A DNA stretch of 64,000 nucleotides, from the NCBI GenBank assembly GCA_964401835.1, contig CAYNZP010000011.1, positions 18,812 through 82,811 of the forward strand. The letters run 5' to 3'. Shown here piece by piece: positions 16,004 through 26,169 of the stretch. A program made the position numbers and the translations under genes. Within the stretch, counting starts at the first letter, position 1. The number at the start of each line of letters is the position of its first letter. This DNA is from an uncultured Planctomycetaceae bacterium. GTDB taxonomy: Bacteria > Planctomycetota > Phycisphaerae > SM23-33. A model generated the notes under the pieces. That model was not told where the DNA came from, made no database searches, and saw only the letters and a program-made list of their open reading frames with translations.

Positions 16004-17428
16004 ATGCTTTTTGATACGGAAGACACGATTGCGGCGATATCCACAGCGGCTGGTACAGGCGCGCGGGCGATAGTGCGCGTAAGCGGCCCGGAAGCTTTCA
16101 ACATAGCAGCGGCTGTCTTCGCCCCGGCTGACGGTGAGCTTGCAGACATGGCGGGCTTCAGCTCTGCTTCCGGCATCATGCGAACCAACGCCGGAGCTGC
16201 CCCCATAGAGCTGCCGGGTGTAGCTTACGTCTTTCGCGCACCGAGAAGCTTTACACGGGACGACGTTGTAGAGCTTCACATACCCGGAGCGGCAGCTGCC
16301 GCTACTGCCCTGCTGGCTTCGCTGACGGCGGCTGGTGCTAGGCAGGCGAGGCCGGGCGAATTCACCGCGCGGGCGTTTTTCTCCGGCCGGATAGACCTTT
16401 CGGCGGCAGAGGCGGTGGCGGACATAATAAACGCAGCCGACGACGCGCACCTGCGCTCGGCAGTGGCGGCGCTGGGAGGCGAGGTTTACCGTCTGTGCAG
16501 CGGCGCCAGCGAGCAGCTCACCGAGGCACTGGCCAACGTCGAAGCTTCGATAGACATGGCAGAAGAAGATATCCAGTTCGCCACGCCGGCAGCGCTGGCT
16601 GCGCAACTGCACGAACTTTCCGCGAAACTGTGCGGCATAGCCCAAAAAGCGGCCAGCATGCCCGACAAGGCCCAGCTGCCCTGCGTCGCCATCGCGGGCA
16701 GGCCCAACGTCGGTAAAAGTTCGCTGCTAAACGCGCTGAGCGGAACCGACCGTGCGATTGTCTCGGCCCTGGCTGGAACGACGCGCGATGTCCTGACAGC
16801 TACGATGAACTTCGCCGACGGCTCGGCGGCTGTGCTGCAGGACGTAGCCGGCTTTATCGAGCCAGACAGCGAGATAGCCGCAGCTGCCGATAGCGCCGCG
16901 CGGCAGGCGGTTACCGCGGCCGACGTGATAGTTTTCGTGGTCGATATCTCGGAAAAAAGCTTCGAAGCAGACGCCCAGTTGCTCGCGCAGGTCCGCTCGA
17001 CAAACCGTCGCTGCCCGCTGGAATTACTAGCCAACAAAACTGACCAGGTGAAAATTTCGCAAATTCAAAAAAAAATAGATGGCTTGGAAAAGGACATGCA
17101 ACTGGCGGCTATGGGGGTTTCCTGCGAAAGCGGAGCGGGTTTGGACGAGTTCAAAACCACCCTCGAGCAGCGTCTCGGCCTGCACGCCGAGCGAAGCGGG
17201 GTTGCCCTTGGGCTGCACGAGCGTCAGAAAAACTGCCTTATTTCCGCGTCCCAGGCGTCCAAACGCGCGGCTGAGCTCTTGCAAAACTGCGTCCAAGTGG
17301 CTGATTCGGCGGAACTTGTAGCTATCGAGCTGCGGGCGGCGTTATCTCAAATCGGCCTAATAAGCGGACAGGTTGTCACAGAAGACATACTGGGCAGTAT
17401 TTTTTCCCGCTTCTGCGTGGGAAAATAA
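16004..17428 (+). CDS. mnmE: tRNA modification GTPase MnmE/TrmE
   Basis: DTIAAIST, IVRVSGP, PRSFTRDDVVELH, ARPGEFTARAF, GRPNVGKSSLLNAL, GTTRD, DILGSIFSRFCVGK. Confidence 0.96.
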   Translation: MLFDTEDTIAAISTAAGTGARAIVRVSGPEAFNIAAAVFAPADGELADMAGFSSASGIMRTNAGAAPIELPGVAYVFRAPRSFTRDDVVELHIPGAAAAATALLASLTAAGARQARPGEFTARAFFSGRIDLSAAEAVADIINAADDAHLRSAVAALGGEVYRLCSGASEQLTEALANVEASIDMAEEDIQFATPAALAAQLHELSAKLCGIAQKAASMPDKAQLPCVAIAGRPNVGKSSLLNALSGTDRAIVSALAGTTRDVLTATMNFADGSAAVLQDVAGFIEPDSEIAAAADSAARQAVTAADVIVFVVDISEKSFEADAQLLAQVRSTNRRCPLELLANKTDQVKISQIQKKIDGLEKDMQLAAMGVSCESGAGLDEFKTTLEQRLGLHAERSGVALGLHERQKNCLISASQASKRAAELLQNCVQVADSAELVAIELRAALSQIGLISGQVVTEDILGSIFSRFCVGK

Positions 17429-17560
17429 CGCACCGGTCGCGCGGGGGCGGTTGTTTGGCGGCACTTGCGGTGAATACAATGAATTAGAAGAACTTTCCAG
17501 GTTCCGGCGTTTGCGCGGAACGGTTAAAACCATATCGGAAATCGTGAAAGGGGCAACAAA

Positions 17561-18019
17561 ATGAAAGTCGAACAACTTTTACGCGAGAACGGAGTCCCAT
17601 TTACAGTGCACGAGCACCCGCCGGCATATACCGCCCAGGAAATAGCCGCCGAGGAACACGTAACCGGCAACATGATCGCAAAGGCTGTCATCGTCAAAGC
17701 CGACGATAATTTCGCCATGTGCGTGCTGCCGGCGAGTTACAAGCTGGACATGAAAAAAGTCGCCAAGGCCCTCAAGGCCAAGAAGACGCGGCTGGCGGAT
17801 GAACCAGAGATGGCCAAGATTTTCACGGATACCGAAGTCGGTGCCGAACCGCCGTTCGGAAACATTTACCACCTGCCGACAGTGGCCGATAACCATCTGG
17901 CGGAATACGAAGAGATAATCTTCCAGGCGGGTTCACACAGACAGGCTATCCGGATGAGATTCGAGGACTATAAAAATCTGGCCAAACCGGAAATGGCCGA
18001 CCTGGGCGTGCACCTGTAA
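17561..18019 (+). CDS. YbaK/ProX-family aminoacyl-tRNA deacylase
   Basis: HPPAYTAQEIA, AKAVIVKAD, RLADEPE, EVGAEPPFGN, IFQAGSH. Confidence 0.88.
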   Translation: MKVEQLLRENGVPFTVHEHPPAYTAQEIAAEEHVTGNMIAKAVIVKADDNFAMCVLPASYKLDMKKVAKALKAKKTRLADEPEMAKIFTDTEVGAEPPFGNIYHLPTVADNHLAEYEEIIFQAGSHRQAIRMRFEDYKNLAKPEMADLGVHL

Positions 18020-18060
18020 ACAAAACCGGCTTTCTTATCAGCCGCAAACGAAGGTGATGC

Positions 18061-18597
18061 TCATTTATAGATAAGCCGTTCAATTTTGGGAACGGCCCTT
18101 AAAAGCTGACTTCCGTGCCTGTCCAAAATGAAAGCCGACAAAATAATTGCCGGTAAAATGACTCCGATAGTAAAAGCAACAAGTACTTTGACCCTGTATC
18201 TATTTATATATTGGACGGGAGATATCTGTCGGGACTGTTTTGCCCGGACAAGCCAATAGATTGTCAAAAAAGCTATGGGAAAAAACCACCACGACAAAAA
18301 ACAAGACCAAAATGCTCTCTGGGCGCATTGATCAGGAGTGTATTCTTTTTTTGGAGCGGGTTCTTGTGGTTCCGGAAGCTTCAGGATTTCTCTGGCTTGG
18401 TCAATATCGTCCGCACTGACAATAAGTCGAATTCCATTTGGATTCAGAGCATAAAAAGCCTGTGGATAAATGTGACTGACATTCTCGCCGATTATTGTCG
18501 CGTCGATGCCGGAAGAGTTCAGCACGGCTTTCATGACGTCAGCGTGCTGCAATGTGTTTGCAGAAGCTACAACGACTAATTCATCTCTTTGTCCCAC
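18061..18597 (-). CDS. Membrane protein with N-terminal DUF2007-like (putative signal-transducing) domain
   Basis: ADVMKAVLNSSGIDATIIGEN...GIRLIVSADDIDQAREIL, then two hydrophobic segments; GGGGAG RBS. Confidence 0.65.
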   Translation of the reverse strand: MGQRDELVVVASANTLQHADVMKAVLNSSGIDATIIGENVSHIYPQAFYALNPNGIRLIVSADDIDQAREILKLPEPQEPAPKKEYTPDQCAQRAFWSCFLSWWFFPIAFLTIYWLVRAKQSRQISPVQYINRYRVKVLVAFTIGVILPAIILSAFILDRHGSQLLRAVPKIERLIYK

Positions 18598-18615
18598 AGC
18601 TTATCTCCCCTAATA

Positions 18616-19161
18616 TCAATGTTGCAATTTTGCCTTTTGTATGGCGTCGGTGGCTATATTATTGACCTGTTCGGGCTGGGAAATGTTCACCCAGTTTACT
18701 TCGCAAATCTTGCCTTCCTGCATCTCGAAGAACAGGCTGCCCAGGCCCAGATACCCCTCAGCCCGGCCCGCGATTGGCATCGTCTGGTTTATATTTTTAA
18801 GTGGACACTGCGATATATCAACGTGCACCAGCCCGCGCAGCCTCATCACGCGGCGGTTGGTCAAAATATAAAGCCGCCCCATCCATTGAAAGCTCGCAAC
18901 GACCAGCCGGGCACACAAGGCAGCCAGGCAGATTGCGAAGATCATGTTTACGCCATCGGTCTGGAAAAGCAGTTCGCCAGCAAAGAAGACGACCGCTGCC
19001 GCAACGCCAACGATGGTCAGAATCGGCAGCGATATGAGTAGCACAAACCACGGGCTTGGCTTCATCGCGAGAATAACTATCTCGCCTTCCTGAAGCACGC
19101 CTTCGGGTACGAGGCTTTCGGTGGCTACCGAAGTACTAGCTGGATCAGCTGACGGGCTCAT
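18616..19161 (-). CDS. Bacterial PH-domain (bPH_2-like) membrane protein
   Basis: Two TM segments followed by YILTNRRVMRLRGL...CPLKNINQT...LGLGSL. Confidence 0.75.
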   Translation of the reverse strand: MSPSADPASTSVATESLVPEGVLQEGEIVILAMKPSPWFVLLISLPILTIVGVAAAVVFFAGELLFQTDGVNMIFAICLAALCARLVVASFQWMGRLYILTNRRVMRLRGLVHVDISQCPLKNINQTMPIAGRAEGYLGLGSLFFEMQEGKICEVNWVNISQPEQVNNIATDAIQKAKLQH

Positions 19162-19745
19162 TGCCGGCCTCCAATAATTTTCCTATCCGGGACGCAAACA
19201 TCCGGCAGGTTGCGATACAGGTTGTTAAAGTCCAGGCCATAACCAACGACAAACTCGTTTTCTATATCGAAGCCTATAAAATCCGCGTCCATCCTTTCGG
19301 GCAAATCCGGCCGCTGCTTCTTTAATAATACGCACGTCCGCACTCTGGCGGGTTTGCGGGCACTGACAAAATCCACCAGGGCGCCCAGCGTAGCTCCGCT
19401 ATCGAGTATATCGTCAACGATGAGTATGTCTCGCCCGACGATGCCGACGGTCTCCAACAGTGGGATTTTAAATTTCGGGCCCTGGCTGACAGTAGAAGCG
19501 CCCGGGTAAGAGCTTACCGAAACAACGTCGATTCGCATCATCAACGGCAGGTGTCGGATAAGGTCGGCAAGGAATATCACAGAACCCGTAAGAACGGGCA
19601 GGATCATGACTTCGTTGTCCTTGTAGCAATGGCTGATATCGCGGGCCAGCTCTTTAACACGAGCAGCGATGCGGTCACGGGAAATAATTATCCGCGAGAC
19701 ATTTTTTTGAACAAATTCCTTATTTGCGGCGTCTAAGTTGTGCAT
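19158..19745 (-). CDS. hpt: Hypoxanthine phosphoribosyltransferase
   Basis: VLTGSVIFLADL, ILIVDDILDSGATL, DFIGFDIENEFVVGYGLDFNNLYRNLP. Confidence 0.95.
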   Translation of the reverse strand: MHNLDAANKEFVQKNVSRIIISRDRIAARVKELARDISHCYKDNEVMILPVLTGSVIFLADLIRHLPLMMRIDVVSVSSYPGASTVSQGPKFKIPLLETVGIVGRDILIVDDILDSGATLGALVDFVSARKPARVRTCVLLKKQRPDLPERMDADFIGFDIENEFVVGYGLDFNNLYRNLPDVCVPDRKIIGGRQ

Positions 19746-20022
19746 GAGGCGTTTCCCAAACGGTAAGCTTAATTAAATCCTACACCTATACAATCAGGAA
19801 TGCAATTGTGGGGAATTTACCTATGGGGGCACGATAAAAGTGCTTTTTACGTTTTTATTACAAACGAAATTATCAGGGAATTGTCTTAGCTATTCATTGT
19901 AGGGGGCGAATCCGGAAAAATATGCCTTGAATTCGGACATGCAAAAAGGATAGATTGCTTATTCTCAACTTATGTTTTGCGGGATTTAAATGGGTTACGA
20001 ACATTCCTCCAAGGAGAAAACA

Positions 20023-21888
20023 ATGCGCATAGTTATGACTGCCGTTTGCCTGCTCTCACTGATTCTATTTCCCTGGATTACTTCTGCTCAGGAAAATGGC
20101 AGCCCGGAAGCTGCCACACTGCCAGCAGTTGAGCCCGTAACCAGTCATATCCCCGCCGGGGCTATGGGATTTTTTGTCATCAACAACATCCAGGCAACCA
20201 CAAGCAATTTCGATGCCTATCTCGATCGTATCGGTCTTAGTGAGATGACCCAAACCATGATGCCGACCGGCTCGCTGGATATGATAAAGATGCTGACCTT
20301 CCTAGGAGAAGGCTTCAATCCAAACGGCGGCCTGGCGGCGGTCATGCTGGACCCGCACCAGTTTGGAGTGGACTTACTTGCCATGATGGGCCTGTCCGAT
20401 GGCGAGCCCGCCGGCGAAGTCAAGCTGCCATTTATCATTCTGGTTCCCGGCAGCAGCGTTGAGGAAGTTTTCGGCTTCTACCCGATAACTGAAGATGGTA
20501 AATACAAAACGGTTCAGCTGCGCATGGGCGAAATGATAACTTCTCAATGCGGCAGCTACGTCGCACTGAGCCCAACAGCCGAAGCACTGGACGCATTTTT
20601 GTTGGCCGAGAGGAAAGTAGATTTAAACACGGACAAGTCAGCCCTCATCACACGCAGCGATTTCGCGCTCCAAATTAACATGAAAATCGCCACCCCCATT
20701 ATCACAAAGATGATGGACAAGAACCTGGAAAAAGCAATGGCTACGTCCGCCCCGGCTGAGGTGGAAACTGTAAAAGAACTCTCCTCGAAATCGATGAAAA
20801 CGTACATGGAAATGTACAAAAACATTCTCGCCCAGATAAATGAAGTTACCTGTGGTCTGCAACTTGGCGAGACAGGCCTTATCGGCGAAGAAATCGTGGA
20901 CTTCGATCCGCAAAGCCAGGCCGGAAAAGTTCTCGCCGCCTTTAAGCCCGTCTCTGCACCAACCCTTGACCGCGTGCCGAACATCGGCTACGTGTTGGCT
21001 GCATCAGCTATCGATTCCCCAAGTGAGGCGAATACAGATCTGACGACGGACATGATTGATAATTTCCTGGCCTCAGAAACCTTCGCTAATGTAGATGACG
21101 AAACAAAGGCAGCGCTAAAAGACCTGTCGCTTCAGCTTGACGACCAGATCACCAATGCCCAGTTGGTTATCGGCGGAGCTCCAGAGGGCAGCGGCGTGCT
21201 GGGGATATCCTGTGTAATGGATTGCAAGGACTCAGCCAAGGTCAAGGAACTGCTTTCCAGCTCAGCCGGCCTGAGCGAGACTCTCATCAAGGCAATGTGC
21301 GAAGATGAGCAATTCCAGCAGCTTGGCATCTCTTATGCTAAGGACGTTGACAAGATCGGCGAAATCGCTGTCGATGCAATAAATATTACTCACCCGGAAC
21401 TGGATGAACTCGAGCAGGAAAAACGTGAGCAGTTGAAGAATATTTTGGGAAGCGACACGTTTACCGCTTATATAGCCGCTACCGATGAAAAACATGTTGT
21501 TGTAACCTTCGGTGGAGCAAAAGCGTATCTGGCAGAGGCTGTCAAAGCAGCCGGCGGTAGCGAGAACATCCTCGCAAGCGAATCGGCGTCAGAGGCAATG
21601 AAGCATATGCCCAAAAACGCATCCGGCGTGGTGCTGCTCAATGTCCCCAACCTTCTGGAACTCGCCTCGAAAGTCCAGGAAGCGTCAGATCAGCCGACCA
21701 TGGGCCTTCCGAAGTTGACCAGCCAGGCGCCTATTACCATCGGCGCCGGAATATCAGGCTCGCAAGGGCACGTCGTAGCCTACGTGCCGAATGAACTCAT
21801 AGAAGAACTCGTCCAGCTTGGAATGAGCATGGCAAGGCCTCAAACCCAGCCGACCCAGCCGCAGGAAGACAACGGCGAAGAGTTTTAG
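20023..21888 (+). CDS. Large secreted/periplasmic protein of unknown function
   Basis: AAGGAG RBS, signal peptide (SAQ cleavage-like), 621 aa, no recognisable catalytic motif, terminator downstream. Confidence 0.8.
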   Translation: MRIVMTAVCLLSLILFPWITSAQENGSPEAATLPAVEPVTSHIPAGAMGFFVINNIQATTSNFDAYLDRIGLSEMTQTMMPTGSLDMIKMLTFLGEGFNPNGGLAAVMLDPHQFGVDLLAMMGLSDGEPAGEVKLPFIILVPGSSVEEVFGFYPITEDGKYKTVQLRMGEMITSQCGSYVALSPTAEALDAFLLAERKVDLNTDKSALITRSDFALQINMKIATPIITKMMDKNLEKAMATSAPAEVETVKELSSKSMKTYMEMYKNILAQINEVTCGLQLGETGLIGEEIVDFDPQSQAGKVLAAFKPVSAPTLDRVPNIGYVLAASAIDSPSEANTDLTTDMIDNFLASETFANVDDETKAALKDLSLQLDDQITNAQLVIGGAPEGSGVLGISCVMDCKDSAKVKELLSSSAGLSETLIKAMCEDEQFQQLGISYAKDVDKIGEIAVDAINITHPELDELEQEKREQLKNILGSDTFTAYIAATDEKHVVVTFGGAKAYLAEAVKAAGGSENILASESASEAMKHMPKNASGVVLLNVPNLLELASKVQEASDQPTMGLPKLTSQAPITIGAGISGSQGHVVAYVPNELIEELVQLGMSMARPQTQPTQPQEDNGEEF

Positions 21889-21915
21889 CAATAAGCAATC
21901 AGTGATGATTGAAAT

Positions 21916-21953
21916 AAAAAGCGGCGGCCCGGCAATTCAGGTCGCCGCTTTTC
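21916..21953. terminator. Bidirectional intrinsic terminator
   Basis: aaaaagcggcggcc-ggcaattca-ggtcgccgctttt between convergent genes. Confidence 0.8.
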
Positions 21954-21983
21954 TTATGGAGTTTTTTAAAGAGCCCCTTAAAA

Positions 21984-22484
21984 CTATTTCAGTCTTTTGT
22001 ACAAGTCTTTCAAAAAGCCCTTCCTGACATTTTTGGGGATGTAATCCAGCGTCGGTTCGACAGCTTTATCAGTCATGAAATCCTCAACGGCATGCGTTCC
22101 TATCGGGCCGAACTTTATCAGCTTCTTGGCGTTTACCTCCGCCTGCTCGAGCCTTCCGCCAGCCATATCGAGGACATAGTTCACGACGAAATGATATAAG
22201 TCAGCAGTTGTGGGGTTTTCCATCTGTTCGGCCGACGCTTCAGCCTCGCCGCCGGTTTCGGCGATAAGGTCGTGCTCGGATTCCATAAGCTCTTTAATCT
22301 TTTCCGCTCGCTGACGTTCTTCTGCCTCATCAATCGGCGCCAATGGAACCAACTCGTCTTCGGAAACTGGAGCGGGGATATAGCTGCTCTGGTCGCAATA
22401 TGGACACTTGCCGCGTCGACCGCCTGCGCTATCAGGTGCCTGGACATTCTTATGACAGTGCTCGCATCGGAACGTAATACTCAT
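21984..22484 (-). CDS. Zinc-ribbon protein (CxxC...CPxC N-terminus, acidic linker)
   Basis: MSITFRCEHC...GRRGKCPYC. Confidence 0.75.
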   Translation of the reverse strand: MSITFRCEHCHKNVQAPDSAGGRRGKCPYCDQSSYIPAPVSEDELVPLAPIDEAEERQRAEKIKELMESEHDLIAETGGEAEASAEQMENPTTADLYHFVVNYVLDMAGGRLEQAEVNAKKLIKFGPIGTHAVEDFMTDKAVEPTLDYIPKNVRKGFLKDLYKRLK

Positions 22485-22486
22485 GG

Positions 22487-22900
22487 CTATTCTCCCATTG
22501 CTTTAATCACCAACCGTTTCGGACGCTGGCCATCGAACTCGGCATAGTAAACCTGCTGCCACGGGCCCAGGTCGAGCTGGCCCTTCGTTATCGGCAAAAT
22601 CACCTGATGGTGAACGAGAAGGTTTTTCAGATGCGAATCGCCGTTAGTCTCGCCCGTTCGATGATGGCGATAGTCGTCGCGGTAAGGCGCCAACCCCTCC
22701 AGCCATTCATCAATATCCGCCAGCAGTCCGCTCTCGGCGTCGTTTACGAAAACGCCGGCGGTAATGTGCATCGCCGAGACCAGAACCATCCCCTCCGCAA
22801 TACCGGAGGAGGACACCACCTGCTCGACCTCATCGGTTATAAGAACGTATTCGCGGTGTTTTTTGGTGTTGATCGTCAGATACTTTGTGTTCGACTTCAT
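22487..22900 (-). CDS. YjbQ/UPF0047 family protein
   Basis: [46 protein letters not shown]. Confidence 0.92.
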   Translation of the reverse strand: MKSNTKYLTINTKKHREYVLITDEVEQVVSSSGIAEGMVLVSAMHITAGVFVNDAESGLLADIDEWLEGLAPYRDDYRHHRTGETNGDSHLKNLLVHHQVILPITKGQLDLGPWQQVYYAEFDGQRPKRLVIKAMGE

Positions 22901-22924
22901 GTTGATCCCTTATTGACAAAAAAA

Positions 22925-23110
22925 CTAGATCCTTCGCAGTATGAACCCGATTATCAGCAGAATAAGCCCGGCCAGAACAATCGCACCAGCATAATGCCAC
23001 GCAAGAGTGATAAGCAGTTTGATAAGCACGAGTAAAATGCCGAAAGCAAGCACCCCGCCACCTACCATACTCAACGTTATTCCAGCACTAAGCCGCTGAT
23101 TGCGATTCAT
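22925..23110 (-). CDS. Small two-TM membrane protein
   Basis: 61 aa, two hydrophobic segments, GGGGAAG RBS, co-oriented with yjbQ. Confidence 0.6.
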   Translation of the reverse strand: MNRNQRLSAGITLSMVGGGVLAFGILLVLIKLLITLAWHYAGAIVLAGLILLIIGFILRRI

Positions 23111-23235
23111 AATCTTCCCCTGAATTTGCTAACCGTTAATATTCTAAGACTTTTTAAGTTGCAATGTTACCATTATGATAAAAATGTTGGAGCAAAGAGC
23201 CTATCCATATTTTAAGGATTTGAGGTAAATAAAAC

Positions 23236-25017
23236 TTGGCCAAGACAAATTTAGGACAATTGGTTAGCCGGGAACTTCTGCCACGCGTACAAAAGCCCGG
23301 CCAGTACATAGGCCTCGAGCCAAACGCCCGCTGCAAAGACGTGGACGAGGCCGAGGTCGCAGTTACGTTGGCCTTTCCGGACACCTACGGCATTGGCGTC
23401 AGCCACCTTGGCAGCCAGGTGCTCTATCAAATGCTTAATGACATCGATGGCGCAAGCTGCGACCGCACCTACTGCCCTCAGTCTGACGCAGAAGCCGTGA
23501 TGCGCAACCAAAACATTCAGCTTTTTAGCTGGGAGTCGCGGCGGGCTGTGCGTGATTTTGATATCCTGGGCTTTTCCCTTGCCTACGAGCTTTGCGTAAC
23601 AAACGTGCTTACTATTCTGGACCTGGCCGGTATCCCTCTGCATACAAACCAGCGAAGCCAGGCCGACCCGATTGTCATTGCAGGTGACGCACTGGCTGAC
23701 ACGCCGGAACCAATGGCTGACTTTATCGATTTATTCATCGTCGGAGACGGAGAAAAACCAACAGGGCAACTCGTAGAGCTTGTAAAGGAAATGAAACGTT
23801 GCGGTGCCAAGCGAGATGAAATAATTCTCGAAGCAACCAGAAAGATTCCCTCTGTTTATGCGCCCGCATATTACGAAGCATCGTACAACTCCGACGGCAC
23901 GTTGAAAAGTCTTTCACCAACCCAGCCCGATCTGCCGGAAGTTGTCGAGCACGCCTTTCTAGAAAAACTCTCCGACTCGCCGGGAATTACCGCCCCGCTT
24001 GTTCCGCTTTCCGAGGCTGTGCACGAGCGGGTCGTCATAGAGATAATGCGAGGCTGCCCGAACGGCTGCCGGTTCTGCCAGGCGGGCCACGCAAGGCTGC
24101 CGGTCCGCTGGCGAAGTGTTGATGAGATCGTAGACGTCGCCCGCAAGGCAATCGCAGCTACCGGATACAGCGAGATCTCATTGCTGAGCTTATCGACAAG
24201 CGACTATCCAAAACTCAACGAACTCATCGACCGCCTGAACGCTGAATTCGCTGATAAAAAAATCTCAATATCGCTGCCCTCGCTGAGAGTGGACTCTCAA
24301 CTCCGCCAACTTCCCAAGCTGACAAGCAAGGTGCGCAAGGGCGGACTTACCATCGCCGCCGAAGCAGCCCTTCCACGAATGCGAGAGGCTATCCGCAAAA
24401 ATATAACCGACGAAAACATGATCGCCGGTGTCAAGGCTGCCTACGAAGCAGGCTGGCAGAAAGTGAAGGTTTACTTCATGGCCGGTCTGCCGGGCGAGAC
24501 ACCCGAAGACATCGACGGTATTTTCGATCTTTGCAAAAGACTCTCGGACTCACGCAGGGAAGTGGACGGCCAGCGAGGGGCAATTTCGGCCAGCGTCTCG
24601 TGGATGGTTCCCAAGCCGCACACACCAATGCAGTTTTGCGCTATGCGCAAGAGCGATTATTTCTTCGAGGTCCGCCACCGCCTCAAAGACTTGTCCCGCC
24701 GAAGCCCCGTGAACTTCAGGTTCCACTGGATCGAGCGGAGTTTTCTGGAAGTTGTCCTGGCTCGTGGCGACCGGCGAGTTGGCAAGGCAATCGAAGCCGC
24801 CTGGCAAAATGGTGCCCGCATGGACAGCTGGGATGAATGCTTCGATTTCGAGAAATGGACCACTGCCTTTGCCCAGGCCGGCATCGACCCAGACTTCTAC
24901 GCCCACCGCGAAATCCAGCCCGACGAACTGACACCATGGTCGCACATACGCTGTTTTAGGGGCGAAGAATTTTTGAAAGACGAATACGCTCGAATGAACG
25001 AGATTCTGGCTGAGTAG
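23236..25017 (+). CDS. TIGR03960-type B12-binding radical SAM protein
   Basis: VQKPGQYIGLE, LAFPDTYGIGVSHLG, IEIMRGCPNGCRFCQAG (CX3CX2C), PKPHTPMQ. Confidence 0.88.
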   Translation: MAKTNLGQLVSRELLPRVQKPGQYIGLEPNARCKDVDEAEVAVTLAFPDTYGIGVSHLGSQVLYQMLNDIDGASCDRTYCPQSDAEAVMRNQNIQLFSWESRRAVRDFDILGFSLAYELCVTNVLTILDLAGIPLHTNQRSQADPIVIAGDALADTPEPMADFIDLFIVGDGEKPTGQLVELVKEMKRCGAKRDEIILEATRKIPSVYAPAYYEASYNSDGTLKSLSPTQPDLPEVVEHAFLEKLSDSPGITAPLVPLSEAVHERVVIEIMRGCPNGCRFCQAGHARLPVRWRSVDEIVDVARKAIAATGYSEISLLSLSTSDYPKLNELIDRLNAEFADKKISISLPSLRVDSQLRQLPKLTSKVRKGGLTIAAEAALPRMREAIRKNITDENMIAGVKAAYEAGWQKVKVYFMAGLPGETPEDIDGIFDLCKRLSDSRREVDGQRGAISASVSWMVPKPHTPMQFCAMRKSDYFFEVRHRLKDLSRRSPVNFRFHWIERSFLEVVLARGDRRVGKAIEAAWQNGARMDSWDECFDFEKWTTAFAQAGIDPDFYAHREIQPDELTPWSHIRCFRGEEFLKDEYARMNEILAE

Positions 25018-25023
25018 CTAAGA

Positions 25024-25998
25024 CTAATGCCAGATAATACTTCCTGCCTCGAAGACCGGTCCGTCGCTGCAGCAGAGTTTGTACGACCAGCCCTGCTCGC
25101 TATCTTCGCGGATTTTGACAATGCAGGATTGGCACGTCCCCATACCACAGGCCATATGGCGTTCGAGGGCCAGCTGGCATTCAATCTCGTTTTCGATGCA
25201 GCAATCCCCCGCTGCCTTCATCATCAGCTCAGGCCCGCAGCTGTACACAACCAAATCCTGCGGATCGATCTTTTCCTTTTCGAGCCAACTGCGAAATGCC
25301 ACGTCGATAAAACCTCTATAGCCAAGCGAGCCGTCATCCGTTGTAATTACCGCATTAACACCAACAGCTGAGAATTCATCCGCAGATAGGCCGGGCTTGC
25401 CGTCGGCTGCGACTTTTGCCGAGTCGATTTTCAAGGGCAGCAATGACGCCGTCCGGACGCCGTTAAACGCGACTGCATCTTTGCCTTGTTTGGCTAACTC
25501 TCCGGCAAGGTAAATCATCGGAGGAATGCCCACACCGCCGCCGATAAGGGCAGCTTTGCTTTTCGATTCGTTGATTTCAAACCCATTGCCCAGCGGACCA
25601 AGGATACTGAGAGAATCTCCGATTTTGACCCCTCCCAGCCAGTGCGTTCCGATACCCACTGTTCGGTAGATGATATCCAACTCGACATCGCCGCCTTGCT
25701 CCCGCCTGCCAGCAAGACTGAATGGCCGGCGCAAGAGCGGCTCCTTGCCTATCAGTTCAGGCTGGGTGAATTTTGGCGGAGCGTTTTCGGCCCATTGGGA
25801 AATCTTCTCGTCGGCTTGCTCACCCAGGCCGCGACACTGGACCTGAACGAACTGTCCGGGCCTTGTAGCTGGAAAGCTCTCGAACGAAAGCGTCAGGCGA
25901 TAGTGTTCGTCGCACAGCGCATCGCTTGCCGAGACTTGCCCGACAAAAATTCCACGCCCAGACTTTTTAGATTCACTAACCCATGACATGGAAGACAT
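25024..25998 (-). CDS. pyrK: Dihydroorotate dehydrogenase electron transfer subunit (PyrK-like FAD/2Fe-2S)
   Basis: PGQFV, LRRPFS, GPLGNGF, GGGVGIPP, TDDGSLG, CGPELMM, MACGMGTCQSC, LCCSDGPVF. Confidence 0.85.
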   Translation of the reverse strand: MSSMSWVSESKKSGRGIFVGQVSASDALCDEHYRLTLSFESFPATRPGQFVQVQCRGLGEQADEKISQWAENAPPKFTQPELIGKEPLLRRPFSLAGRREQGGDVELDIIYRTVGIGTHWLGGVKIGDSLSILGPLGNGFEINESKSKAALIGGGVGIPPMIYLAGELAKQGKDAVAFNGVRTASLLPLKIDSAKVAADGKPGLSADEFSAVGVNAVITTDDGSLGYRGFIDVAFRSWLEKEKIDPQDLVVYSCGPELMMKAAGDCCIENEIECQLALERHMACGMGTCQSCIVKIREDSEQGWSYKLCCSDGPVFEAGSIIWH

Positions 25999-26110
25999 GT
26001 TAATGGAATGCTGCCGCTACGGCAACTTCTGATACCTTTTGCAAATTTATCACGACAAGCTCAAACCTTTGTGTCGAACAAAAACTTACCCATAAAGTAA
26101 GTCCGGCACG

Positions 26111-26139
26111 TTGACAGAAAACAAAAAGCCCTCTACTAT
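26111..26139 (+). promoter_or_regulatory. Sigma70-type promoter for the argH-thiL-tsaE operon
   Basis: TTGACA-N17-TACTAT. Confidence 0.65.
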
Positions 26140-26169
26140 CGCTTGCGAAAGGCTCTAAGGAGAACTCCC

